Assembly (NCBI GenBank): GCA_037379345.1
Contig: CM074525.1
Location: 13,321,275 to 13,385,274, forward strand
Length of the DNA: 64,000 nucleotides
Direction of reading: 5' to 3'
DNA from: Perna viridis
Lineage: Eukaryota
Shown one piece after another: positions 12,070 through 25,045 of the stretch; position 1 is the stretch's first letter, and the number at the start of each line of letters is the position of its first letter. Below the pieces are notes generated by a model that saw only the letters and a list, made by a program, of their open reading frames with translations, made no database searches and had not been told where the DNA came from. Both the position numbers and the translations under genes were made by a program.

Positions 12070-13875
12070 TCATGTGTGCGCCCTCTCCAAGCATTGGTTT
12101 GGTCTCTGTTGATGGTGCTGAAGTCATTAAAATGCTTCATAGTCTTCCGCATAAAAAAGCGGTGTTGATGAAATGTGCTACGAATATTTGAAGTATGGCG
12201 GAAATGTGTTAGCAGATCACTTAAGCAAATTGTTTAATTTGATATTTGAAAATGGTGTGATTTCCACCTACTTGGAAAGACAGTGTTATTATCCCCTTAT
12301 TCCAGTACTCTGCAAGGTATTTGATAATTTTCTGGATTGTCGCATGGACGAACTGATCACCACCTTTACCAATCCCCAACAAATTGCATATCAGAAACAT
12401 TTGGGTAGCATGTTCGCATCTTTCAACCTTCAATTGACTGTGTATCACGTCATGGAGAGGAATTATAGTGTAATTGTCACCTTTCTGGACAGCCAAAAAA
12501 CCTTTGACACGGTTGACCATAATGACCTGAAAATAAAATTGTTTGAAATCTGGATTTCGGGAAAATATTAGACTCTTTTGGATAAATTCTATGATAAACT
12601 GTCGAGTTTTATCATATATAACCACAAACATTCTCGTTTCTTTAATATTGAGATAGGAATTCGACAGGGTTGCTCGCTATCGGCTAAACAGTACCTTGTT
12701 TATGTTAATTGATAAACATTACAAGTGAATCATGGAAAGGTGTTGTGGTGATTGATATTCAGGTCTGCTGTCCAATTCAGGCAGATGACATCGCATTAAT
12801 ATCTGGTAATATTCAACTTATGCAAGATATTTTTGACATTTGTGCAAACTACAATAATCAATGGAAGTTCAACTTTTAAAAGTTAAAAGTCAAGTTATGT
12901 TATTCTCAAAGAGACCAATGGAATTAAAATTGAAACTTAATGGTGAAATTCTCCCTGTATGCAGTTCATTGAAACATGTCGATTACATTAGACTAAAATT
13001 TCAACTCCATCGAAAAACTTTAGTAGCATGTAGGACTATACGATCATTGAGCATGTCAATTATTCGTCAAGGTGTACATCCCAGTATTTTAAATGCTAAA
13101 ACTTGCAGTAAAGTGATCAGTCAACTTTGCTACTCAAACGCTATCTATGGTTGTGAACTGTGGAATAATCTAGCCGAAAATTTTACTTCTCGAACGTGCA
13201 TATCAATACGTTTGCAAATACATACAAGGTCTACCAAAAAGAACTGGAACCGATATTTGTATTTCACTTCTTGGTTGGACATCATTTACGTGCATAATCG
13301 AAATCAAGAAACTCTTGTTTTTCGGCAGACAATGCAACCTTCCATCTAGAAGTTTACCTAGTCAAATGTTCCCTACTGGCTTACTCCTCCATCTCAACCA
13401 AGCAGATACGTCAAAAGCCGGTTTTATATACGACTTTATGCAAATCCTCAGGAAGTATGACCTAATTCAGTTTGTTGACAATCTAGTCAGAAAAAGTGAT
13501 TTTCCATCAACACCACTATGGAAACGAATTCTAAAAACAAAGTAGATTCTGAGGACGAAAAATATTTTCTGGATAGACTAGAATCCGGCAGCGAGTTTTG
13601 ATTGAATCTGATCGTGCTTGACAATATCAATGAAGCATAGTCGCCTCACAACGCAGTGTAGGTTCGCCATCTCGTTGTGTGATCTTTTTAAACCTTTGCG
13701 TGATACTCGTAGAACCTTGTGCTATCAATATGACTGTTTTTACGATAATCGTTGTATACACATAATATCATCATGCTCTAGTATCAACTCAACAAGAGAC
13801 AAATTCTGGTGTGACATTATCAAAATTGGGCTTATCAATTTCAGCGTAACTCTGTCTGGTATGGATGATACAACC
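12070..13875 (+). pseudogene. Degenerate non-LTR retrotransposon (LINE) RT
   Basis: FLDSQKTFDTVDH, GIRQG..LS, QADDIAL and YGCELW motifs across frameshifted ORFs. Confidence 0.8.
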
Positions 13876-16190
13876 CATAGACATAGACATAGAAATAAAG
13901 TCGGCAAGACATGAAAACATTAAACATAAGCTCTTTTAAGCTTTTGAACCGATAAACATGATATTTACAGTCATACATAATCATGCAGGTAAGTAAAACA
14001 AGACGTACATATACACACAGAAGACATTTAGACAAACATAAAGAACAAATAATTATATCAGTCAGTAATATGGTATGAGAATATAAGCACTTGAAGCATA
14101 CAAACACTAAACAAAATTATTACTACTACTAGCTAAAGAATAAAATAATAATCAGATAAGGAATAAACCTACCGTGCAACTAAAACAAAGTAATTAAAAA
14201 AAATTAATAAAACTGAACCAAAAAAAATGTAGTAAGTATGGTTGGTATGCTGCATCAGTAAGAAAGTTTTAGTCTGATTTTTTGCATACAAGACAAGTAC
14301 ATTCTTTACCATTCCAGAAAGATAATTGACTTTTGAACTGATTAAAATTTGAAATTTGCATGAAAGATTCTGGCAATGAATTCCAAAGAGCAGGTGCAGC
14401 ATACCTGAAAGATCTCTTACCATAGCTAGTAGTTTCCAAACTTGGAATCTGCAATAAATTTGTGTATCTAAAATTATACTTGCGGTCTTTCTTTTCAACA
14501 AGATTTGATAAGACAGGAGATGCTAAATTGTTAAGTTAAATATTTCTATTGCCATTGTTCTTGTTCTTTTTATATACATTGTTGGCATTTTTGCCTTGAT
14601 TAAAAGATCTTCATATGTTGAAATATAGTCTTCATAAACAAATCTTAGAGCCCTTTCCTGTATTATCTTCAATTTTTCGAGAATCAACTTCTGAACAAAA
14701 ATGCCATGATAGTGGGCAAAAGTTAAAATTTGACTGTATAAATGTGTGAAATATCGTTAGTTGATTTAATTTGCCCAAGCTTTTACCTATTCTTTTTAAA
14801 ATATTTACCTGTTGCACAGCCTTTTTACACAAATTTTGTATATGGGAATTAAAATTTAGTTTAAAGTCTATGTCTACTCCGAATAATTTTACAGTTTCAT
14901 CACAGCTTATTTTTGCAGATCCAGTATCAAAAGTGGGTGTTTTATCGAAAGTCTTTTTGCCAACAGCTATGGCCTGAAACTTTTTAGGATTTGCTTGCAT
15001 ACAATTAAAGTGAAACAAGTTTATCAAAATAGTACTTTCTGATTGTAGTACATCTATTACTTCATTAAAATTTGGCGAATGAAAAGATATTGTGTTGTCA
15101 TCAGCAAAGTTGTATAAATCTCCTTTATGAATAACATAGAAAATGTCATTTATAAGCACGTTGAACAGCAAAGGACCCAAAATTGATCCTTGCGGAACCC
15201 CCTTTTGAATTTTGCCCAGCTACTGACACAAGAGCCAATCTTTATTTGTGGTTACGCCCTGACAAATATGATAATAAAATGTCAGTAGACTTTTTGTTAA
15301 GACCATAGTCTGATAACTTACAAATTAAAATATCATGTGTCATTGACAGGTCCATAAGAGATGCTGCCACATATTCATTATTATCTAACGCCTGTTTCCA
15401 GTCTTCTAATAACCTTAATAATGTTATTTGACAACCATGGCCTTTTCGAAATGCAAATAAAATTTATCAAAAATAGTTTCAAAGAAAGTAGACAACTGAT
15501 TAGCTAAAACTTCGAATATTTTTGAAGGAATAGGCAGTAAACTGACTGGTCTGTAGTTGCTCTCTGTAAAAGGGTCATTCTTTTTATATAATGGAGTGAT
15601 TTGTGCCTCTTCTAGTCTGCTTGGAAATATTGAAGTTTCTATTGAATGGTTAACTAGTTTATTATTGTTGGCACTAAGGATGGTTTGCCATATTTCATGA
15701 GTTTAACTGATATTTTATCAATTCCTGTTGCTTTCTTCACATTAAATTTGTCAATGACCTTTGATACAAAAGATTCATTTGTTGGAACAAATTCAAAGTT
15801 TCTTTAAATCCTTTTTTTCAATCTTCTGAAGGCTTGGGTAGTTACTCTAATCAAAATTATAATCTTTACCTATTTCTTAGGCAACATTTACAAAAAAGTC
15901 TTTAAATACCTCTGAGACTTTTTTGTTATAATCTCATTTTCTTCTTGTAATATAATTTTGTTTTGTGTACCTTTTGATTTTTTGGAGAAATATAGTTTGA
16001 TGGTTTTCAAAAATCAGTCTGTTTATAGCCTCCCCAACATCTTTCTTGAAAATAAACATTTTCAGATTTTCTTTTCAGTTTATTTATTAAATTCCTTTTT
16101 GTTCTATTTTTTCCCCAATTTTTATCATTTTTGACATTGAGATATTTATTATAAAGCATTTCCTTTTCATATATTGCTTTTAAGCCTTAA
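13876..16190 (-). mobile_element. CR1/L2-type LINE 3' portion (RT plus 3' UTR)
   Basis: NYRPVSLLP, GVPQGSILGPLLFN, FADDNT, NPKKFQ, FNFCPL.W and YGKRSFRY motifs; (ctatgt)n tail at about 13876-13893. Confidence 0.88.
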
Positions 16191-16629
16191 GTATATGTGT
16201 AATGAAATCAATGAAATTTTATAACAAGATTCATTGTCATTAAAGTTATACTGGAATTGATTTTGAAGGGTCATCATTCAAAAGCTGGAGAAATTATGAG
16301 CCAAAAGGAGAGGAGACAAAGCATTTTTCTAGTTTCTAGTCAGTAAAATGGTTTTGAATTTAATCAAACTATACTACTAGGACCAACTCAATAAAAGGAT
16401 GGTTTAAGTGCATGCAAAATATACTATGTATCAATGGGGCCACACATTTGTATCAAGTATGTATATATTATTTTTTTCTTTTGTCTAATTATATATCTTA
16501 ATTTTGTGTTTACTTTAATTATTGTCAAAATCACATGCTGTGTCCAACATTTCTTCATAATCTAAATTCCTCCATCTAGTTCGTTTTTTTTTTAATTCAT
16601 ACTTGTAATATCAATTTGTTTAATATCAG

Positions 16630-16830
16630 AAATTCAATTGAATATTTAATATCAAAAATGATTTTGTAATATTATACATCAAATTTGAAATATTAAAAAA
16701 AATGAATTCGTAATATTGAAAAAATAATTCGTAATATTAAAAAACAATATTTCGTAATATTAAAAAACAATATTTCGTAATATTAAAATAAAATATCCGA
16801 AATATCAAAAAATCATTTTTTCAATATTAG
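16630..16830. repeat. Short degenerate tandem repeat (ttcgtaatattaaaaaa)
   Basis: Several 20-23 bp units. Confidence 0.7.
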
Positions 16831-17453
16831 TAAACACTTTTTTTCGTCCATTTTGCCATGTATGTCTCTATAATAGTGGATAATACACATACACTTTATT
16901 TCACATTTCTTACGATTTTAGTAGGAAAAGGCTGTTGTTTAAAGGCTGAAACATCTCACGGCACCCCCTTTTAGTATAATTATGTATTCAGTGATTCATT
17001 TTTATGCGAATATAATCCACAATGACCCTTTGGAAGGGTCCCCTTTAGAGAATTGCAATTTTTAAAGATTGATCAAAAATAATTCAAGAAACCCTCAGAA
17101 TGCAGGGTTTGAGGTTTAATATTTCAAATTTCTCTTGGGGATCACGCCCAGAACCCCGCCCCTAGGAAATTCGGACAACTTCGTGATTCTCACCGGTGAT
17201 CCTGTCAAGAAATGTGTTTGACCCTAATGCTCATAATAGTCTGTGCATATATATATTCCCCTATTGTCTTCATCCAACCAGGAAAAAAGCCATCGACTAC
17301 AAAAAAAAAATATTGTACAGTGCCATTTCTCAATGACATTGGCTACATAGTACCGTAGTGAGATTTGGGGATGTATTTCTTGCAAAACACATGAAAAATA
17401 TATTTAGCAAAATTTCAATCTGACAAGGCCGCAATCAATGTCCGAAACAAAAG

Positions 17454-18560
17454 CTAGGCATCAGCGTATGAAGTGAGGGTGGGGAACTGATCCCTTCTTT
17501 TTCCGGTAAGCAATTCGACAATGAACATAAATTCATTGCTACAGTCACGCTCTGGAAAATTATTTGTATATTGGTCCATAAGCTTGTCAATTGTACGGTA
17601 AAAGGTACGAACAGTCCCTTCCACCAAAGATCTCTGGCTGATAGTATAACATATTTGGAATACCACTTGGCGTTAAAACTTCAGCACGTTGTTTTCTTAT
17701 TCTTGGTGAATTCCAGTTCTCCGCAAACATGTCCAGTTGATATTGGATAACGGAGAGGAAGCAAAATCGAACACATTCTTTATGTACTAGACATGATCCA
17801 TTAAGAACCCCTGTATCTTGGAAATCCTGGAGACGATTTCTCCAAAACTGGGTGAAACACGTTTTAAGGCTACCCCAAAACCTTTCCATATGTTGATTTC
17901 CAACTGACCTGCCGATGAAAAAAGAGTTTTGTCCGCCATATCATCATTATGATTATATCGCAACGGTTTTTGTAAATCCAGAATTGTGACGTTTTCTGTT
18001 CCTGCATCCGATCGAACAACTCTTGGAAACATCTTCCTTTGTTTGATCCAATTAATAAGATACCAGTACCCAACATATCTCGGGTTATTGTTAGAAGGAC
18101 TATCAACCATAAAATTTTACGAGAGTATCCATCGATCGCCCCATGTGTAGCTATGGCGTAGGGTTTTAATTCATCGTAACCATCGACATGAATCAGATAG
18201 TTTGGTCCAGTAATGTAGTACACTCTCCTTCGAAGAACTCAGCGCGATCTATCAAGTACACCCTGTTGGTCTGTTGTTCTTAGGCAGAGCCTGACTCTTT
18301 TTTGCGTAACACAAAGGCCAAAGCCTATGTTTAGAGTCCTCCACATAGTTTTGTAACCGGCATCAGCCATGCCATTCTAGTGTAAAGCCAAGATGGTCCA
18401 TACAACTGTATTTAATGGTGACAGGTTATTACGCCGTCTGAGATGTAATCTTCTCTTAAGTCTCTTTAACATTGAACAACTCTTAAATGTACCGTGAACA
18501 AACAAAAGAAATCCACAAATCTGAAGGGACGTGTAACATAAATGGTGATAGTATCGGACT
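17454..18560 (-). pseudogene. IS3EU-like / rve-type DDE transposase pseudogene
   Basis: N-terminal GYKTMW...LRRRVY, then GPNYLIHVDGYDELKPY..HGAIDGYSRKILWL, PRVVRSDAGTEN and ERFW; split by frameshifts. Confidence 0.75.
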
Positions 18561-20514
18561 TAATCAGGCACAGCAGCATCGTCACCTCGGTACGGAATAC
18601 CTGCTACATTATGCATACCGACACAAAGGAGACAACACAGAACCTGAAACATAAAACTGAAATAACACTTATGTTGTAATGATTAATTTGTTGCAAAAAG
18701 CAATGACGAAAACCTTTATAATTCCTAACAAAGGCTTTTTTGAGATTTTCAGAATAGTATATATAATCAATATATACAGCGGCAAAAATCATATAAATAT
18801 ATGTGACAAGAGTCCTTTCCGGACATCCGTGCCCGATCAAAAATACATTTCTGGGCCTTCTGGGTTCCACACCCGGGACATGTTCTGGTAATTTTCTGTA
18901 GAAAGCATGGGTAAAAAAGGAACGACTGTATTGAAATTTGAACATTTTAGACGTTTATTTAAGGTTTTTTGAAAGTCTAAACATAGCGTTCGGTCGAAAT
19001 AAAATGAAAATCAAGGTAGCATATACATATCTATGTATGCCGACCATCTTGGATTTCGAATCAGCATAAAAAATACAAAAATTGTAGATGACCATCACCT
19101 GATCATATTTGCTTCAGTAATAAAAATCCCTGCCTCAAACCATGTCAATCTACAAAACGATTTTCAAAATTCGACATTCTGTATATTTTTCTGAAAAGGA
19201 TAAATTTTGATCATTTTAATCCTTGTGGCGGCCTTAAAGTTCGGATCGTCTAATTACTTCTTAGTAGTTTAATTGCTAGTATGTTGATCTGGTGTTCCAT
19301 GCATGCAACATATTTCTATTTTACTTTCAACGTTACCTTTGTTACCTTTAAAATATGGCTTCCTTCCATTCTGTTCGACACTTTCAAAAATTTATTAGAC
19401 TGCAGTTGACCGAGCAGGTGAAATAGAGATATTCAATTTAAACATGCGAATAACAGCAAAAACTTCTATTCGGTCGATTGTTTGTTTGTTTTTTTAGTGT
19501 TCAATGTGTGTATTATGTGTTCGCATATTAAGCAAGTTGAAGCAGAAAATGATAAAAGGATGTTCTTTTAGCACCGTCCCTTAATGACCACTGTACTCTA
19601 ATGACTATTATTACTCCTCGGTGTACTTTGGTCACGAGAAGGACACATTCATTTTTTCATTGAAAACTCAAATATATGACCTAATGCATGTGAGGAACTC
19701 TGTAAGATATGAGTCCATAATTAAGCACCGTCACCTGTTGGTCTCAGCTCAAGTATGATTACCCACTTGCACTTGTACTTCGGCCTGCAGAGTGCTCACA
19801 AACAGCAGAGTTTTTTTGAAATATTATTCTACTTAACTTTTAAAACCCAAATTAAAATGACTATCTTTTGCCATCTTTTGCGAGTTCCTTTCTTACACTT
19901 CATCATATGTATTTACATATAAACTTTTACAGGTATGTAATGGCGTAAAGATGATGAAATATGATCAGAAGTCCATGGCTACAGTGATATGATAAATTAT
20001 TGTTATTGTTTTAAATTACATGTGTCCGGTTATTCCGACCTCTGACCAAGATAATCGTGCGGACTAAAAATAGAAAGGCTCTCACAATCTAAAAGTCCGA
20101 CTGATTTAAACCAAATTTGGTTCAACTTGTCGGGAAAAAAATACTTTTCATTTCCCTTCCATTCAAACAATAACTGTCTTGACATGTTTTTCTATCAATG
20201 ATCTCTATCGAGATTGTGCTAAGTATTTATTGATGATACAACACTAGGCATTGGCGGATCCAGGGGGAGGGTCCGGGGGTCGGAACCCTTTTTTTCTTCA
20301 TAGTATATGTAAAAATCACGTAAAAATTGCCGAAAATTAGCTCCCAAAATCGTCCGTTTTTTCTCGAAACCTCTCTTTTACTGGAACCCCCATTTTTATT
20401 TTTTTAAAGACCCGCGACTGCTATATCCCAAATCCTAAAAACAAAACAAAACACAACAAAACTCCTCACCTTTGACTCTTTTACACTCCCGCTATGGTAA
20501 CAACATGATAATTT

Positions 20515-21195
20515 TATTCCAGCTTATAACGCACAACCGACCTTATTATTTTGACTTATTTGCCACAAAGTATCCTTACAAGGGGTGTACCATATGCGTT
20601 TCCATAGTCAATAGATACTTTTTTTCCACCAATACATGGAATTAAAGGTACATGTATTACACAATGTTAGACAACTTTTTTGAAGGTAGTACAGTATATA
20701 AGAAAGGAAAATGATTTACTGTAAAGGACTTTCTGTGATATGTGTACTCCATTTCAATTTAAAATTGGAGATAGTAATAATTTCCTTAAATAAACTTTTG
20801 TTTTATCTTTCCTTCCAAATTTGTGTTACAAACGAAGAAATACATCACGGCAAGTATTGAATTTTTAGACACGAGACTTCAATACATTTGTAACTCCATT
20901 GTTTTAACAACTGATTCCATATGCATATTCATAAGTGGTGAAGTGTTGTCCAAAATATCTTGAAATAACAAATCTACAATTTGTTGACAGGTATTATTTT
21001 CTTATAGCTTACTAATATGTCATTACATTAATATTAGCAAGTCGATATTGTAATTCATTTTTTTCTACATCATTCCGACATGTTATCTTTTACACAGTGA
21101 TTCGATTCCAGCTTATAACACACAATATAACTTATCATTCTGACTTATTTGCCACAAAGTATCCTTACAAGGGGTGTACCATATGCGTTTCCATA
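20515..21195. repeat. About 90-bp direct duplication (20515-20606 and 21105-21194)
   Basis: Shared tgacttatttgccacaaagtatccttacaaggggtgtaccatatgcgtttccata. Confidence 0.85.
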
Positions 21196-21735
21196 TTATA
21201 CTTATGGCGGAATATAGTCACGATAGCATTTTCGAAGGTCAACACAATTTATGGATTCTTCAAATAAAAAGAGTGACTTACTATTGGAATAGAATTCAAC
21301 TTGTCGACTTTCTTTACATTATTTTCACTTAAAAAAAAGCATGTCCACATTGTGCCGAAAATTTATCTACATTATTCCGACATTAGAATCAACATGTTTG
21401 CATTAAGTAATCATGTCGACATTGTATTGCAAACTCGTTTACATGTAAAAGTCGTCATGATAATTGGTTCAAGATTGCTGTATTAAATATAACTCATGAT
21501 TCCGATTTATTTGCAACAAGACTTAATTTCTTGTGTCCCATATACGCTTCCATTAATTTTAAAGACAATATAAAAATTAAAGAAATGAAGGTTTTCAAAC
21601 AACGAATTGCATTTTGCAGTATTCTTAGCTGGAGTGTTGTTTAGAAAAAATAGTTTTGATATGTGATTAACGCGATACAAAGGCATATGTTTCAACCTTG
21701 ATAGACTTTATTGTGATAAATTGTAATACAGGTAT

Positions 21736-22409
21736 TTATCTACCGTTTGGTCTGCTTGGTGTTACTCGCCTCTGACATGATCTCCCACAGGATCTGTTGT
21801 AGCAACACACATTACCTGTAGTAATGATCAAAGTCGTACAGTTGGACATTTCATGTAAATATGTATAATGTATCATTTCATTATAAAGGCAATACCTCTG
21901 GGACAACCAGTACTTACTACAGAGGCACACAACATATTTTACCTGAACAGAATTTTTTAATACATTTCAAATAAACTTTTTGATTTTTATAGAATAATTA
22001 CTCTAATGGTGTTTAAACAATGTGGAAAAGAAATTTCATTGCTACAAAAAGTGACATGCAATAAATGCCGACATTTTTAAATAGCCTATTCAATTGAAAA
22101 AGATTATTAGCTAACTTACATCTGCAGGGAACTGACGAAGTTTCATTGCATTTTAGCAATTTAAAAACTCAGCTAAAAGTCTTATTGTTACCATATTACA
22201 TTTGTAATTAAACAAAATAATTGTACATAAAAATATTATTACTTTTGGTTTTTCGTTTGAATTGGAGTAATTTGTATACAGTCAATAACAGAATATATCA
22301 AGAAAGGTATAGAGCCTTACTTGCCATTTCTACAGTCATTATCTGACAAACATTGATCAGTGGATACGGAACAGTGTTTATTAATAACTGGACATTCGGG
22401 TCTGTTAAC
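21736..22409 (-). CDS. Putative two-exon WAP (four-disulfide core) domain; exons 22325-22409 and 21736-21815
   Basis: Joined translation VNRPECPVINKHCSVSTDQCLSDNDCRNG-NVCCYNRSCGRSCQ has 8 Cys in WAP spacing; AG acceptors at both exons; requires GC donor G|GCAAGT; no start exon identified. Confidence 0.6.
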
Positions 22410-22629
22410 CTGAGAATTATATATTGTTAGTCCTGCTTTAAGCCAAAAACAAAAAAAAAAAAAAAAAAAAAAAAAACAATTGACTTAACATTAAAGATAT
22501 TAAACTCAATCCCGATAATAAAGTAAAAAAAAAGACGATTAACTAGGATATTTATGTTTAAATAGTTACAAAATCGAAATCATTACCAAGCTTAAATGTA
22601 TTTGGCAAAATTTCATCCAAAATCTTAGT

Positions 22630-23441
22630 TTCACTAATTTTGCTTCAATTTCCATACTGCTTGACCGGTGTGAAAACAAATGTTCTCATTACTAGTGACG
22701 TTTTTTGTTCTCAGAGTTCGATTGGCTTTGAATCGCCTCGATTGCCATTTTAGTTATATTTCAGTTAAATGAGATAATGTTGCTGTTTTCGTACCTTATA
22801 TTAAAATTAAGAAGGGATTCGCGAAGATTTGAAGATCATTTAATCTCAGTTTCCGCTATATAGATGACGTTTTATCTTTAAACAATCCGAATTTCGGGAC
22901 TTGATACCTCGCATCTACCCCAAATAATTTGAGATAAAAGATACTACAGACATTGTGAAGTCAGCCTCATATCTTGACCTACACTTAGAAATCGATGGTA
23001 AAGGAAAATTTCTGACCAAACTCTACGGCAAACGTGATGACTTTTCATTCAGATTTGTCATCTTTTCTTTCATCTCTGGCAACTTCCCTTCAGCACCTGT
23101 GTATGGAGTGTTCATATCACAATTCATACGTTATGTCAGAACTTATAAAAACTACGCAGACTTTTTGTATCGTGCTAGAACTGTAATAAATAGGCTTCTG
23201 GAACAGTTGCTACAAGATTAAAATTATCCCTACTGAAGGTTTATGGTCTTCATCATGAACTCTTGAATCACTATGGTGTACCCATCTGCACCATGAAAAC
23301 TGATTTATTCAACGGGTCACGGTTTTCCTTTCCTATTTTTTCTAAACCGGAATTGATTTTTATGAGCAACTCGGCGGGTATTTAAAAAAAAAACCATAGG
23401 ACGCATATCCGGCCGGTGCACCTGGTCCATGCTCCCAGTTT
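22630..23441 (+). mobile_element. Internally deleted Penelope-like element
   Basis: NLSFRYIDDVLSLNN, SYLDLHLEID, LYGKRDDFSF and YGVFISQFIRY motifs; 5' segment shared with 56270-56380; ends in the conserved 3' motif. Confidence 0.85.
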
Positions 23442-24839
23442 TATTATATTGCACAATCACACAACAAACCAATCACAACCGCGAGTTTTTCATATAATTT
23501 CAAATCACATAAATGAAGGTGTAATATCGGAAATGTCTAGCCGTCAACGAAGTAATCATAAGGTATTGTATTGTTGCGACTAGCCGTTGACGTTGCATCG
23601 CTTTTTCTTAATTTATAATTCAAATGATTTTTATAATCCCTAACCACGTGACGAATCATACGTTCATCAAACTAAATCCATTGCAAAAAGGGTTTTGCAT
23701 TCACATGCATTTACTATACGTTCTATTTTATGTCTATACATTTATGTATCCATACTTTTCATGAGACATATTCTCATATTTTTTTATAAAATTTGTAGAG
23801 GTTATGTATTCACGAAACATAACTGTGAGCACATACATATAGATCACGTGAGGAAAACCAACAAAGCTGAATAACCATTTATCGTAACTTTTTTTTTTGT
23901 TTTGTTGATTAGTTCTGACCAGTTTATTATACGTTGTAATTATTTGTATTCTCCGTATTTATATAATCTTTTAAGTGGTGCTTTTATATTGGATTTGGTG
24001 CAATATAAATAACGCGCATTTACATATATTAGTTAATATTTCCAATATTAATTTCCTGTTATACACAAGCAATTAACAAGAAAGGGTTAGCAGGTAGACT
24101 TTTCTTATATGTTGCAACTATTGCATAATAAAATTAGTCTATTATCAACAGGCAAATATCTATAAAATATTTATCACACCTACGTTAAATTATTAGCTCA
24201 ATGCGTCAAAAACAAATTCTACAGTTTATACGCTTTTGTATTTGATCAAGGCCGCTTCCGGCGTTCTCTATAGCTTTTGGGATGACTAATGATCAGTCCT
24301 TACATTATACATGATACGACAATTAATAGTTTCCTTCTTATTTGATTTACATTTGATGCAGTTCGAATTATTTTTAGTCGTAATTGCTGCTCAGATATTT
24401 TTTCAGAGAACCTTTATTAAATCAATAATATAAGTTGTCAGTATTATGAGTATAGCGCATTGAATCTGACGCACACAAATCTTAAAAATAGCATTTTACA
24501 TAAACAATATCATCAGCCCCTTTCATCGAAGTCAAAAGAAGTAAAACTGGAATAAACTGGGCTATAACGGGCAGACAAAATGAGCAGTAATTGTTGCTTT
24601 TTTCTTTGGAGGACACGCCGTTAGATATCTTTGTAGAATCTGTATACCCTAAACTTTCCTGGTAAGCTTTTTTGTAGCATAAATAAATTGCTTTTAGAGG
24701 GAGTCCTCATAAATGAAGTCAATGCAAATTATACCTTTGACCACAAAACACTGAGAGCCTGATTTCACTCTGACAGGAAGTTAACTTGTAATACCAACTT
24801 TAATATACAGTAAGGATCTTTTACACTTTGTATCTTCAA

Positions 24840-25045
24840 GGACGCTTACCCTACCGGTGCACCTGGTCCATGGTCCCAGTTTTTAGTGGAGTCCGAGTTG
24901 TTCATTTACTTTTGTTACTTTGTATGTATGGTTTTAGTTACTTTATGTTCTTTGTTGTGTATGTCTGTTTTCCATGTCTGGTCTTTGTCCCTGGATTACA
25001 TTCTTTTGATTACCCTATAACCTTGGTTCCCTTGATTACTCTTTC
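24840..25045 (+). mobile_element. PLE 3'-end fragment
   Basis: Matches the 3' terminus of the other PLE copies (...cccttgattactct). Confidence 0.85.

Noticed and set aside
11790-12070. 5' LTR of the BEL element
   Set aside because: No similarity to 6459-7253; the element is truncated within gag
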